Assembly (NCBI GenBank): GCA_043228905.1
Contig: JBHGNT010000004.1
Coordinates: 22,630,001-22,694,000, forward strand
Source of the DNA: Azolla caroliniana
Lineage: Eukaryota > Plantae > Polypodiophyta
Direction: 5' to 3'
Length of the DNA: 64,000 nt
The notes under the pieces are model-generated. The model saw nothing but the letters and a program-made list of their open reading frames with translations. It had not been told where the DNA came from and ran no database searches. Shown here one piece after another: positions 59,301 to 64,000 of this stretch. The translations under genes were made by a program, and so were the position numbers. Numbering within the stretch: the first letter of the stretch is position 1; every line of letters begins with the position of its first letter.

Positions 59301-61137
59301 TATTTTGATGATTTGTATAACAACATTGCCGTCTTTATTTTACATAATCCATATTCATTAGCATGGAATAACTAGAAAAATAAATATGTCAAACAAAGCA
59401 TAGATCAATGACTAAATTAGATACCGCAAGTCAATCTAATTGTGGTAAATAGTGACTATAGAAAATGTTCTAACTTTGTAGATATACAAGAGATATTGGC
59501 ATTTATATGAAACTCAAACTCTAGCTTGTGAGAAATGTGTGAGTGTGGATTTAGGTAGGGACACTTAATTTAAAGAACTTGTTTGACGAAACGTTGAAGC
59601 ACACAAGTATTCCATGTATTTACCTTGAATGTCATATGGTCTACATGTATTTCCCTCGATTGTCATTAGATCTACGTGCATTACATGTTAACTATGCAAA
59701 TATATATTTTCCATTCTCTCTTTCTCTCCCTCACCTTGATTTGTCATTTGATTTACATGCATTTAATGGTCAACCACTAAACACTTCAAAGGAATACCAT
59801 GTGTCAGGTTCGCAACAACCACCTTTTATAGAATGTGAGGTTTTATGTAATAAAAAAGTGTACATGATAAAATCTATGATGGTGAGCAATAGATAGGATG
59901 GGATAAATTTATTGAATCACGTACAACTATAATGTATATATAATTGTTAGGCTCATAAAGCATTTGTTGTTCCACAACCTTAGTGTTTTGGTGGAAATCA
60001 TCACGCCGCAAGTTTCAAACCTATGACACTAGGTAGCACCCACACATTAAGCTTGTTATGAATAAATACTCTTCAATATGAAATGCCTACCCCATTGACC
60101 AAGGTAAGAAATAAGTAGGCTCTTCTACTTTACTAAGATAAATGGTTGGACAAATTTACAAGTTATGAAACTTTCAAAGTATAGGAACAACATTCATCTT
60201 TCAAACTTTATGAATATTTAGCTTGTTTTTTTGGAGAGGATTTGTCAAATTTCCTTAAATTAGGGAAACCTTAAAAAAAAGTTCATCATAGATAGGTGGA
60301 TAGTTCTCAAATACCTTGAAAATTAACCATTGAGTTATAAATAACCCCAAAAGTTTACCCTACAGCTGACACTACTTATCAAATCATTGTCAGAAAATGA
60401 GTGTGGATCTAACCTAAGAGATATCGTTGCATTCTTTGAATTTGTAGTCAAAACAAAAAAAACAAAAAAATGTATGCCCTTACCCCTCATGCATGCTACA
60501 TTTCTATGCATATGCCCTTTCATAACAACCCGAATAACAACAACTACCATCATAACTTTAGGACCTAATATAAAGTGCTTTTAAAATACAACAGTCAATG
60601 ACATAAGGACTTTCAACAACTTGTTAAATCATATTTGTTTGCATTAATAATACTGAACCTAAAGTGTGTGGGCTTTCCAATAGACATTATTCATTTATTT
60701 GGCTTAAACATCTTGGTATCTCGAAAGTCCAATATTATCTTTAAGTCATTGTGGTCAATAATGTGTATAAATGACTATACAAATTGGCCACACTAGTCAA
60801 ATTAAACAAAAGCATTTGTAATGTGATGCAATAAAATTATTGAACCACGTAGTGATACTATATAAGAAATTGTAAAACACGTATATGGAATTTAGAACAA
60901 ACTTATAAAACAATAGCAACAAAGGTTTCTTCAAAAAATCAATAAGTTTAGTGACACAAATAATGGCATATTTGTTACATAAGACACTTTATATTATAAA
61001 GAAATGAAATACTTGAGATATGGGAAAGTTTAATCTAGAAAGCGCTTCAGTTTAGATTCAAGTTGTAGTAATCAAAATCAAGGACTAGCTTGTGAAGGAA
61101 AAGTGAGGGTGTAGTTGAAACTTTATAGAGTGAATAT

Positions 61138-61379
61138 CTAACCTTTGAAATTGGCTAAGAAGATAGATAGGCAAAGTACATCCACAACTTAAAGTTGTTT
61201 CAATGGGTCATGATCACTTTGGATGGTCTGGAAGAGGAAGGCCAAGTTCCTCCTTGAGAATCCTAACGTTTGACATTGGCCAAGAGAGTAGGGAATTACA
61301 TCCACGACTTAAAGTTTTTTCCATGGGATATGCTCACTATGGATGGTTTGGAAGAGGAAGGCCAAGTTCCTCCTTGAGA
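61138..61379. repeat. ~120-bp imperfect tandem duplication
   Basis: TGGAAGAGGAAGGCCAAGTTCCTCCTTGAGA ends at 61259 and at 61379. Confidence 0.85.
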
Positions 61380-64000
61380 GTTGGATCATCAATGAAGCGA
61401 TAAGTATTGAAGAACTGGATGGTGATATATTTATGCATTAGGATACATTGAGTGCTTCAATAGACCATGTGTAAAAGACTTGTGCCAATGCCAAGTTGGT
61501 GGCATCAAGTGTCCATCCCTTTCATATTCCCCTTTCCACAGTTTTCTTATTTTTTGCTAAAGTTAAACCTTAAATACATTAACAATCGAGTGATTACACA
61601 AGCCATAACATTGCCAATGTGCAAAATCCACAATAGAGTATGCTTCATGAAGATCATGTTGCATGGACTATATCTCAACTTTGATTCTTCTCAATCAGCA
61701 TATCATTTTGGCAAGGCTACAATTTGATTATTAATCTCTAATGGTTTTGAGTACCAATCTCGATCCTCGATAGGTGTGTGTTCTTTATGAAGATGATATA
61801 GCATAGATTATTCATGAACCTCGATACTCCTTAATAATTGTCTCATGTGTAAGATAACAATGATGATTGTGTATTAGTGTCACAGTATTGGGAATTGATA
61901 GTTAAAATAGATGTGATGGAAAATGAAGTCGTAGTTGAACATATCATATCGTGTTTAATGTTAGAAATACCTCCATCTACATATGCACACTTAAGCATAA
62001 TGTTTGTCTCCTTAGGTAAGTATTGAACTCAAGAGTAGTGTAGTATTAAGCTCAAGATGATATGAAGTTCGATACCTTAACCAACTAGTCTAAACACCAA
62101 AGATGGCATGGTTTTCCCTCTTCTTTTGAACCTATGAAATTCATGTTTTTTATCTATTTTTTTCCTTATCTTTTTCGCTTATGAAACATATGGCGATGAT
62201 GATTAACATATAATCTATTTCTCCCTTTAGGGCTTTCATGATTTTATAATTTCTATTTGTAGAGTAGATCATTACATTCATCTTTACGTATGGGAAAGTT
62301 GTACAAAATTAGCTCAAGTGCATTGTCTATTTAGCTTATGACCTCGTTGAATTCCTTAATGGGGGGCATACCTCTTTCTTTTGGTCCTTTAAAACAAAAT
62401 TTAAGGGTTTTGTTGATGATGGTATTTTGCAAGGGTAACTTGGCATATTCATTGCACATATGTTCATACATCACAAGGATCTTGAACTTGTGAGTTGGCA
62501 TCAAGTACACTAGTAAGTTATATTGGTAAACCCATGAAATAAGTCGTAAGTGCATGTGACAATGGCTAGGATACAAGAAAACTATAGGGATGACGAGGAA
62601 AAATCGGAATTGCTAGCATTGTGTCAATCAAGAAGTTTCATCGCTATGCATATTTTGTATCTAAAATTGACCAACAATGCTTTGTGCCCAAACACATGCA
62701 TTGTTGACACCAAGATTAGCAATTACCAATATTTTGCAAAGTATAGAGTTGTTGCTTGAAAGTATATTTTGAAATTACCTATATTTTGCAAAGTATAGAG
62801 TTATGAGGAATGATGTCCAAAGAAATCAAAAACTTGCATTCAAAGGATATATCAATTTTCAAGTTTTGGTGCTTTCCACTTGGTATTTGCTAGTTTGCTA
62901 CAAATACATATTGAGGGGCTAATCCATAGGTGAGGCTGAGGCTCATTATGACCCCATTGTAATGTGGTCATTGTCTATGAACAAGGATGATGAGGGAGGA
63001 TTCTTATGCTTTTTATTTATTATGAGACAATCCCAACCACAAAACTTTGGTATAAGGACCTTTATTAGCACCACAACTATGTTTCCCACATCATACTACA
63101 CCTCAACAATGTTCACCACATTGTATTATATGTGATTCTTTTTACTTCTTGTCATCCATTGGGTTTTGTTCATAGCGAGTCAATCTACATTTATTGGTTT
63201 ACTTTTACAAAACCGACTTTTCCTAATGTTACAATAAATCTTAACCTTTACTTGCTCGACCCTTGACAACTATATCTACCCCGCCTTTCACCCTTTAGCT
63301 TTAAGTACATCAATACATAACAATTGCATTGTTTAATATCACATGGCTCTTTTACTATTAAAAAAGCTTAAACGACATGTTTTAATGTTTTGTTTCTTCA
63401 AAGCATAAAATGCATAAATGGATGCACCCTCCCACCCCCCCAAAAAACAAAAGTGCTACGGACCCTAAACGAAATCCTTTTATGTGCTTCAACCATATCA
63501 ACCTTGACAACATACACAATGCCTTATCATTGACATTCAAGTTAGCAATTTTCTAAATCGGTTATTTTCATTTCAAAGTCATGTTTATATATATACAATG
63601 TACATATATTTGTGTGTGTTGGTTTATACATTATTATAGAAGCCTTTCATGTATAATATAATAATATAACTTATCGATAACTAGATTTATAATAATCAAG
63701 GTTGTGGTAAACATACATAAAGACATTAAATCTTGAAATGCAATCTGACCTTTTCCTCAAAAGTTGAGAGCTTCACTCATATCCCGAGGAAGCAATGTGT
63801 TTCTTTTGAATCTTTAATTCAGCACGTTTTTTCAGAACAGCAAAAAAGGTTTCCATGAAAATCAATATCATTCTAGAAAGTGCAATGAAACCAACGAGTA
63901 TACTAATTGTAAACGTTTATGGTGGACATATTTAAACTTTGTACAATTGTAGTTGAATTTTTGCATTCATGATTAGCATGATACCAAATATAAAAAAATT

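Noticed and set aside
59300-64000. Short ORFs in the AT-rich right end
   Set aside because: No motifs, splice-consistent exons or TE termini could be supported.

Overview
Eukaryotic plant DNA, probably a fern (inferred from a fern-like PLS-PPR fragment, very long TE-filled introns and the retroelement types). It has one host gene: an EBS-like BAH-PHD chromatin reader on the minus strand. The CDS exons are 20540-20468, 19396-19054, 18944-18876, 15621-15405 and 9535-9509 (about 242 aa). The first intron is GC-AG, and the last coding exon (PEIKKRKR*) is tandemly duplicated. From about 22 kb on, the window is almost all transposable elements: two L1 relics, a Mutator-like foldback MITE, and a 27.5-55 kb nest of Ty1/copia and Ty3/gypsy elements up to five levels deep. 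One copia (47012-52510) is very young, with identical LTRs. The most striking signal is four insertions of one gypsy LTR family (TGTCGTG...CACGACA termini, tRNA-Trp primer site). All four sit in ACGT or its CpG-decayed or single-mismatch variants, and the three complete solo LTRs have 4-bp target duplications, suggesting a sequence-specific integrase. Other notable items are a gypsy with a reconstructable 923-codon extra ORF and a conserved non-purine motif where the PPT should be, and tRNA-like A/B-box cassettes inside three unrelated TEs. All calls were made by eye; no database searches were run.
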